From an uncultured Pirellulales bacterium (GTDB lineage: Bacteria > Planctomycetota > Phycisphaerae > Sedimentisphaerales > SM23-30), in assembly GCA_964578395.1 (NCBI GenBank), contig CAZOCV010000002.1:1-41446 (forward strand): a stretch of 41,446 nt of DNA, given 5' to 3'. Both the position numbers and the translations under genes were made by a program. Under the pieces are notes generated by a model, which worked only from the letters and a program-made list of their open reading frames with translations, searched no databases and was not told the origin of the DNA. Positions within the stretch are counted from its first letter, which is position 1. Every line of letters starts with the position of its first letter. Below are positions 16,633-25,445 of the stretch, in pieces.

Positions 16633-16695
16633 CAAGCGGGGTAGGCTGGTTTCGTGAATGGACCGAAAGGTATCGAAGAAAGGACAGCATAATCT

Positions 16696-17907
16696 ATGAG
16701 TTCAGCGAAAGATACGCGGTTGCGAAAGAATGCGGGCATGTCCACGCGGGCGATCCACGCCGGGGAGCAGCGGCATCGCTATGCCGATTCGATTACCACG
16801 CCGATTGTGCAGTCTTCGACGTTTGCGTTTCCCAATACCGATGAGATTGAGGCCTACACGCGTCAGGGAAAAGAGCGTTTCGAGTATGGGCGCTACGGCA
16901 ATCCGACCGAGCAGGTGGCCCAGCGGCGGCTGGCGAATCTGGAAGGCGCGGAAGATTGCGTGCTGTTCGGGTCGGGGATGAGCGCGGTGATTACGACGAT
17001 TTTGTCGCTGATTCGCAGCGGGGACCACATTGTTATTACCGATGATGCATACAAAAAAACCCTGGAATTCTGCACGGAGTATATTCAGCGGTTCGGCGTG
17101 GACTGCACGATCGTGCCGTTCGGGAAATACGATGAAATTGACAAGGCGGTGCGGAAAACGACGCGCTTTATGATTTCCGAGTCGCCGACGAATCCGTATC
17201 TGAATATTTTTGACCTGAACCGGCTGCGGGAGATCGCGCGCAAGCATAATATTCTGACGTTGATTGACAGTACGTTCGCCACGCCGGTAAACCAGCGCCC
17301 GCTGGAATTCGGGGTGGATCTGGTGATTCACAGCTGCACCAAGTACCTTGGCGGGCACAATGATATTCTGGCCGGAGCGGTGCTGGGGCGGACGGAGCTT
17401 ATCAGCCAGATTCGTGATTTGCACAACGCCATGGGCGGGGTGATTGATCCGCATTGCTGTTATCTGCTGCTGCGCGGGCTGAAAACGTTTCCGCTGCGGA
17501 TGCGGGCGCACAATGAAAGCGGCATGAAAATGGCGCGATTTCTGGAAAGCCATCCGTGCGTGCAGCGGACGTATTATCCGGGTCTGGAAAGCCATCCCCA
17601 TTACGCCATCGCCAAAGAACAGATGCGCGGTTTCGGCGGCGTGGTGACGTTTGAAATCAAGGGCGGCCTGCGGGCGGCGAAGGCGTTTCTCAACCATTTG
17701 AAGCTGTGCTACATTGCGCCGAGCCTGGGCGGCGTGGAAACCCTGGTGACGCATCCGGGCATGGTCAGTTATTATAAGCGCACGCGCCAGGAGCGTTACG
17801 CACTGGGCATCAAGGATAATCTGCTGCGGCTGGCGATGGGTGTGGAGGATTGCGACGATATCATCGCCGACGTCGATCAGGCGCTGCGCAAAAGCGTAAA
17901 GAAGTGA
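16696..17907 (+). CDS. Cys/Met-metabolism PLP-dependent enzyme (cystathionine gamma-synthase / beta-lyase / methionine gamma-lyase family)
   Basis: STRAIHAGE N-terminus, HSCTKYLGGHND with the PLP lysine, ESLGGVE-like SLGGVETLV. 403 aa. Exact activity is not assignable from sequence. Confidence 0.9.
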   Translation: MSSAKDTRLRKNAGMSTRAIHAGEQRHRYADSITTPIVQSSTFAFPNTDEIEAYTRQGKERFEYGRYGNPTEQVAQRRLANLEGAEDCVLFGSGMSAVITTILSLIRSGDHIVITDDAYKKTLEFCTEYIQRFGVDCTIVPFGKYDEIDKAVRKTTRFMISESPTNPYLNIFDLNRLREIARKHNILTLIDSTFATPVNQRPLEFGVDLVIHSCTKYLGGHNDILAGAVLGRTELISQIRDLHNAMGGVIDPHCCYLLLRGLKTFPLRMRAHNESGMKMARFLESHPCVQRTYYPGLESHPHYAIAKEQMRGFGGVVTFEIKGGLRAAKAFLNHLKLCYIAPSLGGVETLVTHPGMVSYYKRTRQERYALGIKDNLLRLAMGVEDCDDIIADVDQALRKSVKK

Positions 17908-17942
17908 TAAACCGCGGTTCTGAAAAAACAGGCGGACGCCAC

Positions 17943-19016
17943 GTGGATATTCTGGTCATCAAGTTAGGCGCGCTGGGGGATGTGCTGCGGACGACATCGA
18001 TTTTGCCCGGCCTGAAGGAGAAATATTCGCAGTGCAGGATCACGTGGGTCACGCGGCGAAACGCGGGGGAGTTACTGAAAAATAACGGGTTGATTGATAA
18101 GATTGTTTTTGATGATGAGGCGGATGAAAAACTCAAAAACCATCGATTCGAACGGGTTATCTCTCTGGATGATGACGAAGCGGCGTGCCGCAGGGCGCGC
18201 GCCGCGGTGGCGCAAAACATTGTCGGGGCGTATCTGGAAAATGACCGCCTGACGTATTCCGCGTCGAGCCGGGCATGGTTTGACATGGGGCTGATTTCGC
18301 GCTTGGGGAAGAAAGCAGCCGATGAGCTGAAAAAACGGAACTCAAAGACCTATCAGCAGATTTTGGCAGAGATGCTGGGCATCAGGATGTCGCGGCCGGA
18401 ATTAAAACTGGACGGCGCGAACCTCGCCTTTAAAAATAATTTTCTTCTGAAAAACCGTCTGGGCGAGGGTGATATGATAATCGGCCTGAATACGGGAGCG
18501 GGCGGCCGCTGGCAGCTCAAGGCGCTGGGCGAGGAAAAAACCATCGCTTTGGCCCATCTGCTAATGCAAACATTAAAGGCAAGGGTATTGATACTGGGCG
18601 GGCCGGAAGAAGCGGAACGCAATCAACGAATTTTATCGGCGGCTTCCGGCGTTATTGATGGCGGTTGCCATAATTCACTGCTGGATTTTGCGGCGCTGGT
18701 GGATGCGTGCCGCGTGATAATCACCAGCGACTCGCTGGCGATGAATATGGCGATTGCGCTGGAAAAGAGGGTGATAGCATTTTTTGGCCCGACGTCGGCC
18801 AGCGAAATAGACCTTTACGGGCGCGGAGCAAAAATCACGCCCCCCATGCCATGCCTTTGTTGTTATAAAAAACAATGCGATATTCATCCTCATTGCATGG
18901 AACAGATAGATATTCGTGAAATAGTTCGCCTGGCCGGCGAGATGCTTTCATTGTCGCCGCGAAGCGAAAAAGACAGCATCGCGCTGCAACACAGATACGA
19001 GGGCGCAAAGCTATAA
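17943..19016 (+). CDS. glycosyltransferase family 9 (heptosyltransferase-like, LPS core)
   Basis: ILVIKLGALGDVLRTTSILPGLK N-terminus and ITSDSLAMNMAIAL motif. In-frame GTG at 17943 chosen so the gene does not overlap the upstream CDS (track TTG start at 17850). Confidence 0.8.
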   Translation: MDILVIKLGALGDVLRTTSILPGLKEKYSQCRITWVTRRNAGELLKNNGLIDKIVFDDEADEKLKNHRFERVISLDDDEAACRRARAAVAQNIVGAYLENDRLTYSASSRAWFDMGLISRLGKKAADELKKRNSKTYQQILAEMLGIRMSRPELKLDGANLAFKNNFLLKNRLGEGDMIIGLNTGAGGRWQLKALGEEKTIALAHLLMQTLKARVLILGGPEEAERNQRILSAASGVIDGGCHNSLLDFAALVDACRVIITSDSLAMNMAIALEKRVIAFFGPTSASEIDLYGRGAKITPPMPCLCCYKKQCDIHPHCMEQIDIREIVRLAGEMLSLSPRSEKDSIALQHRYEGAKL

Positions 19017-19048
19017 CCTTTAACGAATCATACTCAAAGGATAATTAC

Positions 19049-20335
19049 ATGCACTATAAACATTTGTTATTGCCGATACTGGCATGCTTCACCATGAGCG
19101 GTTGCGCTGCCGCAGGCAAATCCGGCGACGCATACATGCAACTGGCCGATGACGGTGCGTGGTGCTGGTATCAGGATCCGCGGGCGGTGTATATCAATGG
19201 AGAACACGAACGATTATACCTGGGCTGGATGACGCATGACGGCAAATTGCAGGCGGGCAGTTATGATTTGCGGACGCAGGAGCGGCAGATTTTTACGCTG
19301 CGGGAGAAATGGGATGTGGATGACCATAACGTCAATTCGTTCCTGGTGCTGCCGGACAAGCGGCTGATGGCGTTTTACGCCCGGCATAATCGGCAGGGAT
19401 TATATTGCCGGACCACCCAGAGGCCGGAAGATATTACCGCCTGGGAAGAGGAAGTGTGCGTCTGTGACGACGATCGTTTGACGTATAGCCATCCGGTCTA
19501 TCTGTCGGCGGAAAAACGCATGTATGTTTTCTGGCGGGGCAAAACCTGGAAGCCGACGTTTTCGACCTCGACCGACGGCAAAACCTGGACGCCGCCGCAA
19601 ATTCTGGTGCAGGAGGAAGGGCGGGAAACATACGGCATCCGGCCTTATATGAAAGTGGCGTCGGACGGCGCGGGGTCGATTCATTTCGCCTTTACAGATG
19701 GCCATCCGCACAGGGAAGCGACCAACTGCTTGTATTATCTGAAATACGAAGGCGGGGCATTTTACCGGGCCAACGGCGCGAAGGTGGGGGAAATGGCCGA
19801 CTTGCCGGTGCGGCACAGCCAGAGCGATGTGGTTTATGACGCCAAACCCTCGAAAATTCGTGCGTGGGTGTGGGATATCGCGCTGGATAATAACGGTCGG
19901 CCGGTGATTGCCTATACGCGCCTGCCGGAAAAGACGGATCATCGCTATCATGCGGCCCGCTGGACGGGCGAGGCCTGGCAGGATGTCGAGGTGACGCCGG
20001 GCGGCAAGTGGTTCCCGCAGACGCAGGAAGGCAAGGAGGAGAAAGAACCTTATTATTCCGGCGGCATTATGCTGGATCATGGCGATACAAACGTAATTTA
20101 CACGTCCCGGCCGATAAACGGCGTGTATGAAATTGAACGCTGGACCAGCAGCGATGACGGCAAAACCTGGACAGCGTCGCCACTAACAAAAGATTCGCAA
20201 AAAAACAACGTGCGGCCGGTCATTCCGCGCGGATTTGACAAGGCCTCGCCCTGCGTTTTATGGATGCACGGTGATTATATTCATTACACGAATTATCAGA
20301 CGGATATACGTTTGGGATTTTTGGAAAAACGATAA
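19049..20335 (+). CDS. BNR_4-type beta-propeller protein, lipoprotein (sialidase-like glycoside hydrolase fold, function unknown)
   Basis: Lipobox LACFTMSGC. DDGAWCWYQDPRAV, DDHNVNSFLVLPD, STDGKTWT (Asp-box) and IHFAFTDGHPH match my recollection of the BNR_4 family. Confidence 0.65.
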   Translation: MHYKHLLLPILACFTMSGCAAAGKSGDAYMQLADDGAWCWYQDPRAVYINGEHERLYLGWMTHDGKLQAGSYDLRTQERQIFTLREKWDVDDHNVNSFLVLPDKRLMAFYARHNRQGLYCRTTQRPEDITAWEEEVCVCDDDRLTYSHPVYLSAEKRMYVFWRGKTWKPTFSTSTDGKTWTPPQILVQEEGRETYGIRPYMKVASDGAGSIHFAFTDGHPHREATNCLYYLKYEGGAFYRANGAKVGEMADLPVRHSQSDVVYDAKPSKIRAWVWDIALDNNGRPVIAYTRLPEKTDHRYHAARWTGEAWQDVEVTPGGKWFPQTQEGKEEKEPYYSGGIMLDHGDTNVIYTSRPINGVYEIERWTSSDDGKTWTASPLTKDSQKNNVRPVIPRGFDKASPCVLWMHGDYIHYTNYQTDIRLGFLEKR

Positions 20336-20340
20336 GTTAG

Positions 20341-21228
20341 CTAAATCAGTACATCCACTTCGCTCGGCAGCATGGTGACGTGGATGGGGGTGTTGCCGAT
20401 GAGTTCGCCGTCAATGTTGAGGACATGGTTTTCGAGGGGGATAATGGAAAATTCCCTGACCTGGTGATAGCCGACGATGGGGTCGCCGACGTGGCCGCCT
20501 TTGAAAATTTTGGCAAATAGTGAGAGCAGCTTGCAGCGGCCGGCTTTACGGACGATAAGCAGGTCAATCATGCCGTCGTCGATGCGGGCGAGAGGAGCGA
20601 TTTTCATGGCGTTGCCGGCGTGGACGGTGTTGCAGGCGAGAATCAGGCCAAAATCGCCGGCGATGGTATGGCCGTCGATGTCAATCCGGGCCAGACGGCG
20701 GGTGTTTTTCATGATTTCAATGAGCGAGGCGATGTTATAGCGCTGGCCGCGAAGCCAGCGGAGTTTTTCCGCACGGCGGCTGATGTGGGTGGGCAGGCCC
20801 CAGCCGATGAGGTTAAAGCCGTAAATGATTTCGCCATTGGCGCGGACGCGGGCGATGTCGAGTTTGCGGCAGTTGCCGTTGATAATGCGGCGGGCGGCCT
20901 CCTGCGGGTCCAGACAATCCAGGTCATACATAAAGGAATTGCCGGTCCCTCCGGCGATGAGGCCAAGGGGGATTTTGCGGCCGTCGGGGCGGGTGAGCAT
21001 GCCGTTGATAATTTCATGGAGAGTGCCGTCACCGCCGATGGCGCATAAGCCCTTGTGTTCATTGAAGTTAATCGTATTGGCCAGAATGCGGGCATGGCCG
21101 GGGTAGCGGGTTTGGCGGATGTCGAGTTCCAGGCCGGCATCGGTGAAGACAGGGGTGATTTTATCCAGAATCTCATCGCTTTTTTTACGGCCGGCGTGAG
21201 GATTGATAATGAGGTACAGCTTACTCAT
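20341..21228 (-). CDS. diacylglycerol/lipid kinase family protein (YegS/BmrU-like)
   Basis: MSKLYLIINPHAGRKK and GGDGTLHE motifs. ATG at 21228 preferred. A longer form from 21318 would overlap the arfB stop by 1 nt. Confidence 0.85.
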   Translation of the reverse strand: MSKLYLIINPHAGRKKSDEILDKITPVFTDAGLELDIRQTRYPGHARILANTINFNEHKGLCAIGGDGTLHEIINGMLTRPDGRKIPLGLIAGGTGNSFMYDLDCLDPQEAARRIINGNCRKLDIARVRANGEIIYGFNLIGWGLPTHISRRAEKLRWLRGQRYNIASLIEIMKNTRRLARIDIDGHTIAGDFGLILACNTVHAGNAMKIAPLARIDDGMIDLLIVRKAGRCKLLSLFAKIFKGGHVGDPIVGYHQVREFSIIPLENHVLNIDGELIGNTPIHVTMLPSEVDVLI

Positions 21229-21317
21229 AGACAGTTCCGTGGTTGACGCCGGGATTTCCAGCGGAAACGCCCGGAGTTTACCGGCATTAGGCAAGGAAGT
21301 CCATGTCAAAGCGACCA

Positions 21318-21743
21318 TCAGGAATCGACATCGCGGCGGAAGGTTTTGATGCGGCTGCGGTGTTTTTTTTCGTCGAGGCGGCGCTGTTGGGCGGCGCGGG
21401 AAGGTTTGGTTTTTTTGCGGGGCGGGCGGCGATGAAGGGCCTGGCGCAGCAGTTCCACAAGCCGTACGCGGGCGAGGTCTTTGTTGGCTTTCTGGGAGCG
21501 TTCGGTCTGGCAGGAGACCTGGATGACGCCGTTTTTATCAGCGCGGCCGGCGAGTTTATGAAGGATGCGTTTTTTTTGCACGTCCGTCAGCGTCGGACAA
21601 TGGGCAACATCGAAAAATATCGTGATACGGGTATTGAGTTTGTTGACATTCTGTCCGCCCGGCCCGGCGCTGCGCGAGGCCTGATATTGCAGTTCGCTCT
21701 CGTCAATTTGTATGCCGGGCAGGATGTCCAGAAAATCACTCAT
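21318..21743 (-). CDS. arfB: alternative ribosome-rescue factor ArfB (peptidyl-tRNA hydrolase, YaeJ family)
   Basis: GPGGQNVNK GGQ motif. Basic C-terminal tail (RRPPRKKTKPSRAAQQRRLDEKKHRSRIK). 141 aa. Confidence 0.9.
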   Translation of the reverse strand: MSDFLDILPGIQIDESELQYQASRSAGPGGQNVNKLNTRITIFFDVAHCPTLTDVQKKRILHKLAGRADKNGVIQVSCQTERSQKANKDLARVRLVELLRQALHRRPPRKKTKPSRAAQQRRLDEKKHRSRIKTFRRDVDS

Positions 21744-22225
21744 GTGTCATTGCGATTTGGCGAAAAGGCGTCGATAATATCATTTATGGTTTCTGTTTGC
21801 TTTTCTTTATCAGCATATCTAAAGATGGACATAACGGTATCGATTTCTTCGGGTTCATTGTGTTGAAGAAAATGTTCCATTACCGGAAATTTAAAGCTGT
21901 AAATGGGCGGCGCGAAATCATGTCCTCTGGCCTTGCCTAATAGGTAATATTGTGTCCCTGCGATATTAATCCAGGAATGTTCAATCACGCGATGATGTTG
22001 CTGCTGCCACACTTCAAAGGGTGATATTTGGGTCCAGCGATTCGTAGTTATACATCCCAGCCAAACCGTATGTCCTTTTTGACTGCCGGTATAGGCACAG
22101 CACCAGGCGTTATTTGCTTTTATAGGAATATAGTTACCAAATACAATCAAAAATACTGCCACAATAATGGTAATCAGTAAAAGGCATCGAAATTTGCCAT
22201 TTGAAAGTAATTTTGTAATATTCAT
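21740..22225 (-). CDS. hypothetical membrane-anchored protein, AT-rich orphan
   Basis: 161 aa with one N-terminal TM helix (CLLLITIIVAVFLIVF). No motif I recognise. ATGA overlap with the arfB start. Composition is clearly AT-richer than the neighbours. Confidence 0.55.
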   Translation of the reverse strand: MNITKLLSNGKFRCLLLITIIVAVFLIVFGNYIPIKANNAWCCAYTGSQKGHTVWLGCITTNRWTQISPFEVWQQQHHRVIEHSWINIAGTQYYLLGKARGHDFAPPIYSFKFPVMEHFLQHNEPEEIDTVMSIFRYADKEKQTETINDIIDAFSPNRNDT

Positions 22226-22245
22226 ACCTGGTATCGCATCGCTGA

Positions 22246-23208
22246 TTACAAAGTGGTCATGATGGATAATATCCGATCGTCCATGCCGGGCAGGGATTCG
22301 TGGGCGAAATCGGGGTAAAAGAGCATGTCTTTGGGTGCGGTGATTTTATTGTAAGCGGCGAACTGGGTGCTGGGCGGGCAAATGGTGTCCATCATGGCGG
22401 TTGCCATGAGGGTTTGGCCCTTGATGCGGGGGGCGAGGTATTGCACGTCGATGTAGCCCAGGCGGGTGAAGATTTCTTCTTCGCGCCGGTGGGTGGGGTC
22501 AAAGCAGCGGAAGAAGCTTTTGAGTTCTTCATAAGCTCCGACGGCCAGGTCCATCTCCCATACCCGGCGGTAATCGCTGAGGAAGGGAAAAAGCGACACC
22601 AGCCGTTTGACCCGCGGCTCCAGAGCGGCGCAGGCAAGGGTCAGGCCGCCGCCCTGACTGCCGCCGAATACACCGACACGGTCACCGGCGATTTCGGGGC
22701 GTTCCATAAGCAGTCCCGCCAACTGGGCGGCATCGAGAAAGACGTGGCGGAAGGTAAGGTTGGCGGGGTCGGGGTCATCCAGGCCGGCGACGATGTGGCC
22801 GCGATAATAATGGCTGATAACGCCGTTGGTAAACGTGCCGTCGCCCATTTGGCCGCGGCAGTCCATGGCCGCTGCCGCCAGCCCGGCCGCCGCAAAGGGC
22901 AGCAGGCCGAACCAGTCGCCGGAGTGTCCGCCGTAACCGTGCAGCTTCACGACGGCCGGAACCGAGCCGGAGAGTTTTTTCGGCCGGACGTACTTGGCGT
23001 GAATGCGGGCGTTGCGGACGCCGGTGTAATACAGGTCAAAACAATCTGCAAACGGGCAGGTGAATTCGGCCGGGCGGAGTTCCACGGCCGGGTCCAGGGC
23101 GTGCATTTCGGCCAGAGCGGCGTCCCAGTAGGCGTCGAAGTCGGCCGGACGGGGGTTGGTTCCCTGATAAACCTTCAATTTTTCCAGCGGCATTTCAAAG
23201 ACAGGCAT
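22246..23208 (-). CDS. acetylxylan esterase / cephalosporin-C deacetylase (carbohydrate esterase family 7)
   Basis: MPVFEMPLEKLKVYQGTNPRPADFDAYWD N-terminus typical of CE7. GGSQGGGL nucleophile elbow. Internal ATG at 23208 chosen because the extension to 23421 is AT-rich intergenic sequence. Confidence 0.85.
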   Translation of the reverse strand: MPVFEMPLEKLKVYQGTNPRPADFDAYWDAALAEMHALDPAVELRPAEFTCPFADCFDLYYTGVRNARIHAKYVRPKKLSGSVPAVVKLHGYGGHSGDWFGLLPFAAAGLAAAAMDCRGQMGDGTFTNGVISHYYRGHIVAGLDDPDPANLTFRHVFLDAAQLAGLLMERPEIAGDRVGVFGGSQGGGLTLACAALEPRVKRLVSLFPFLSDYRRVWEMDLAVGAYEELKSFFRCFDPTHRREEEIFTRLGYIDVQYLAPRIKGQTLMATAMMDTICPPSTQFAAYNKITAPKDMLFYPDFAHESLPGMDDRILSIMTTL

Positions 23209-23437
23209 GTGGCAAGCTCCTTGGTAAACACAGTTAAACTGAGCTGATAATATAGGTGATTTATACGGTTTGGTCAATGACTCAGCGAAAAAGGAATTCT
23301 GGACCCCCAAATGATTTTGGATATAATGAATTGCCCTGTAAAAATGACGAAGAGATGGTCGATGAAAATAAAAATAAAGAATTCGAAAGTCAGAAGATGT
23401 TTTTAATCCGTGAGATTTCATGTCAATCAGTGGTCAT

Positions 23438-23468
23438 AAATCCGCGTTAATCCGCGCAATCCGCGGTT
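23438..23468. repeat. three tandem aatccgcg words (period 9-10 nt) upstream of proS
   Basis: aatccgcg at 23439-23446, 23449-23456 and 23458-23465. A related aatccgtg lies at 23405-23412. Confidence 0.85.
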
Positions 23469-23499
23469 AGAAATTTTCGTTGTAAATGAAAGGTAATTT

Positions 23500-25236
23500 A
23501 TGAAGTGGAGTAAGATGTTGATTCCGACGGTGAAGGAAGTTCCGGCGGATGCGGAGATTCCCAGCCATCGGCTGATGGTGCGGGCGGGATTGTTGCGGAA
23601 AGTGGCCAGCGGGACCTATACATACCTGCCGGCGGGCTGGCGGGTGCTGCGGAAGATTATGGCCATCGTGCGGGCGGAGATGGACGCCGCCGGGGCGCAG
23701 GAAGTGCTGTTGCCGTGCGTGCAGCCGATGGAATTGTGGCAGCAGACCGGCCGGGATGTGGCCTATGGCGAAACGCTGGGACGGTTCAAAGACCGTCATG
23801 GCCGCTGGAACGTGCTGGCGCCGACGGCGGAAGAAGTGATGACTTATACCGGGGCGTGCGAAATCAATTCGTACAAGCAACTGCCGGTGAATTTATATCA
23901 GATCAGTTTCAAGTTCCGCGATGAATTTCGGCCGCGTTTCGGCGTGCTGCGGTCGCGCGAGTTTATCATGAAGGATGCTTATAGTTTTAACGCTACGTTG
24001 GAAAGCCTGGAGGAAAGTTACCGCCAGATGTACGAGGCGTATAAGCGGGTGTTCAAACGCTGCGGCGTGCCGTTCGTCATCGTGGAGGCGGAATCCGGCG
24101 AGATGGGCGGCAGCGGTTCGCATCAATTTACCGTGCCGTGCGAGACGGGGGAGGATGTGATTGTTTATGCGGAAGACGGTTCGTACGCGGCCAATATTGA
24201 AAAGGCCGGCGTGGATGCTCTGCCCCAACAACCAGCAATGAATGTCGGCGATGTGGAGCAGGTACATACGCCGGGTGTGGGGAGTATTGAGGCGGTGTGC
24301 GGGTTTCTAAAAACAAAACCGCAAGAGATGATAAAAACGCTGGTCTTCAAGGCCGGAGATGATGTGATTCTGGCGCTGGTGCGCGGCGACCATGAACTCA
24401 ATCCGGAAAAACTTACCCAGGCGCTGGGCGGCAAGGCGGCGGAACTGGCCGACGAGGCGACGATTGTGAAGCTGACGGGCGCAGCGGTGGGATTCGCCGG
24501 ACCGGTAGGTTTGATGGATAAAGCGGCGAAGGTATTCATTGACCACGCTGTCGCGGCGCTGGCCGTGGGTGTGACGGGAGCGAACAGGACGGATTATCAC
24601 ATTAAAAACGTTGTGCCGGGGCGCGATTTTCCGCTCAGCGGCGCCAACATCGCGGTGGCCGATATTCGCAACGCCTGCGAAGGTGACACCCATGACGGCA
24701 AGCCGCTGAAATTCCGCCGCGGCATCGAGGTGGGGCAGGTGTTCAAGCTGTATGACAAGTATTCGGCCAAACTCAAGGCGACGTTTCTGGATGAAAACGG
24801 CAAGGACACGCCCTGTTTGATGGGGTGTTACGGTATCGGCATTAACCGCATCATGGCCAGCGCCATCGAGACCGGCAACGATGAAAACGGCATCATCTGG
24901 CCCATCAGCATCGCGCCGTTCGAGGTGTTGATTACGCCGGTGAATTTCGAGGATGAGGCGGTGCAGCGGGCATCGGAAGATATTTACCAGACGCTGAAAA
25001 CACAGGGCGTGGAAGTATTGTTAGATGATCGCAATCTCCGCGGCGGCGTAAAGTTCAAGGATGCCGATTTGCTGGGCGTGCCCATTCGCATCACCGTCGG
25101 CCAGAAAGGGCTGGCGGAAGGCAACGTGGAAATCAAGACGCGGCGGGGGGATGTGAATGAGAAGGCGGCCGTGGGACAGGCGGCGGCGAAAGTGCGCGAG
25201 ATGGTGAAGAAGATGTATGAAGAATTGAACGTTTAG
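23500..25236 (+). CDS. proS: proline--tRNA ligase, bacterial type with INS editing domain
   Basis: MKWSKMLIPTVKEVPADAEIPSHRLMVRAG, FRDEFRPRFGVLRSREF and GCYGIGINR motifs. 578 aa. Confidence 0.97.
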   Translation: MKWSKMLIPTVKEVPADAEIPSHRLMVRAGLLRKVASGTYTYLPAGWRVLRKIMAIVRAEMDAAGAQEVLLPCVQPMELWQQTGRDVAYGETLGRFKDRHGRWNVLAPTAEEVMTYTGACEINSYKQLPVNLYQISFKFRDEFRPRFGVLRSREFIMKDAYSFNATLESLEESYRQMYEAYKRVFKRCGVPFVIVEAESGEMGGSGSHQFTVPCETGEDVIVYAEDGSYAANIEKAGVDALPQQPAMNVGDVEQVHTPGVGSIEAVCGFLKTKPQEMIKTLVFKAGDDVILALVRGDHELNPEKLTQALGGKAAELADEATIVKLTGAAVGFAGPVGLMDKAAKVFIDHAVAALAVGVTGANRTDYHIKNVVPGRDFPLSGANIAVADIRNACEGDTHDGKPLKFRRGIEVGQVFKLYDKYSAKLKATFLDENGKDTPCLMGCYGIGINRIMASAIETGNDENGIIWPISIAPFEVLITPVNFEDEAVQRASEDIYQTLKTQGVEVLLDDRNLRGGVKFKDADLLGVPIRITVGQKGLAEGNVEIKTRRGDVNEKAAVGQAAAKVREMVKKMYEELNV

Positions 25237-25254
25237 GAATAGAATTCAGAATAT

Positions 25255-25277
25255 TTTAGCCACAGATTGCACTGATG
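25255..25277. repeat. 23-nt intergenic repeat tttagccacagattgcactgatg, copy 2
   Basis: Identical to 13017-13039. Followed by another cacagatt word at 25280-25287. Confidence 0.9.
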
Positions 25278-25445
25278 GACACAGATTAAAATTTTTGCTG
25301 CGAATTCACACGTATGGTCACGAATATTGATAGATTGAATTTTTCATTTTAATATGACATTTTGCATTTTGATCTTTAATCTTTGATTTTTGGGCAATGG
25401 TTATCTGCATTATTAGCAGATAAAACGAAGAAATAAGCAAAACGT

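Noticed and set aside
16508-16695. Possible SAM or other Met/Cys riboswitch upstream of the trans-sulfuration gene
   Set aside because: I could not find the conserved cores of the SAM-I or SAM-II/V classes that I remember. Only a simple hairpin is present, and it is reported separately as a structural element.
16702-17754. 350-aa minus-strand ORF antisense to the PLP-dependent enzyme gene. Similar antisense ORFs lie at 1949-2899, 12039-12932 and 22300-23247.
   Set aside because: These are Arg/Pro/His-rich shadow translations opposite genes with clear family signatures. None has its own motif or sensible start context.
23209-23499. Possible T-box or other leader upstream of proS, and the 64-aa ORF at 23256-23450
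   Set aside because: There is no T-box sequence or specifier-loop architecture. The small ORF starts at GTG inside AT-rich spacer sequence, has low-complexity content and has no support.
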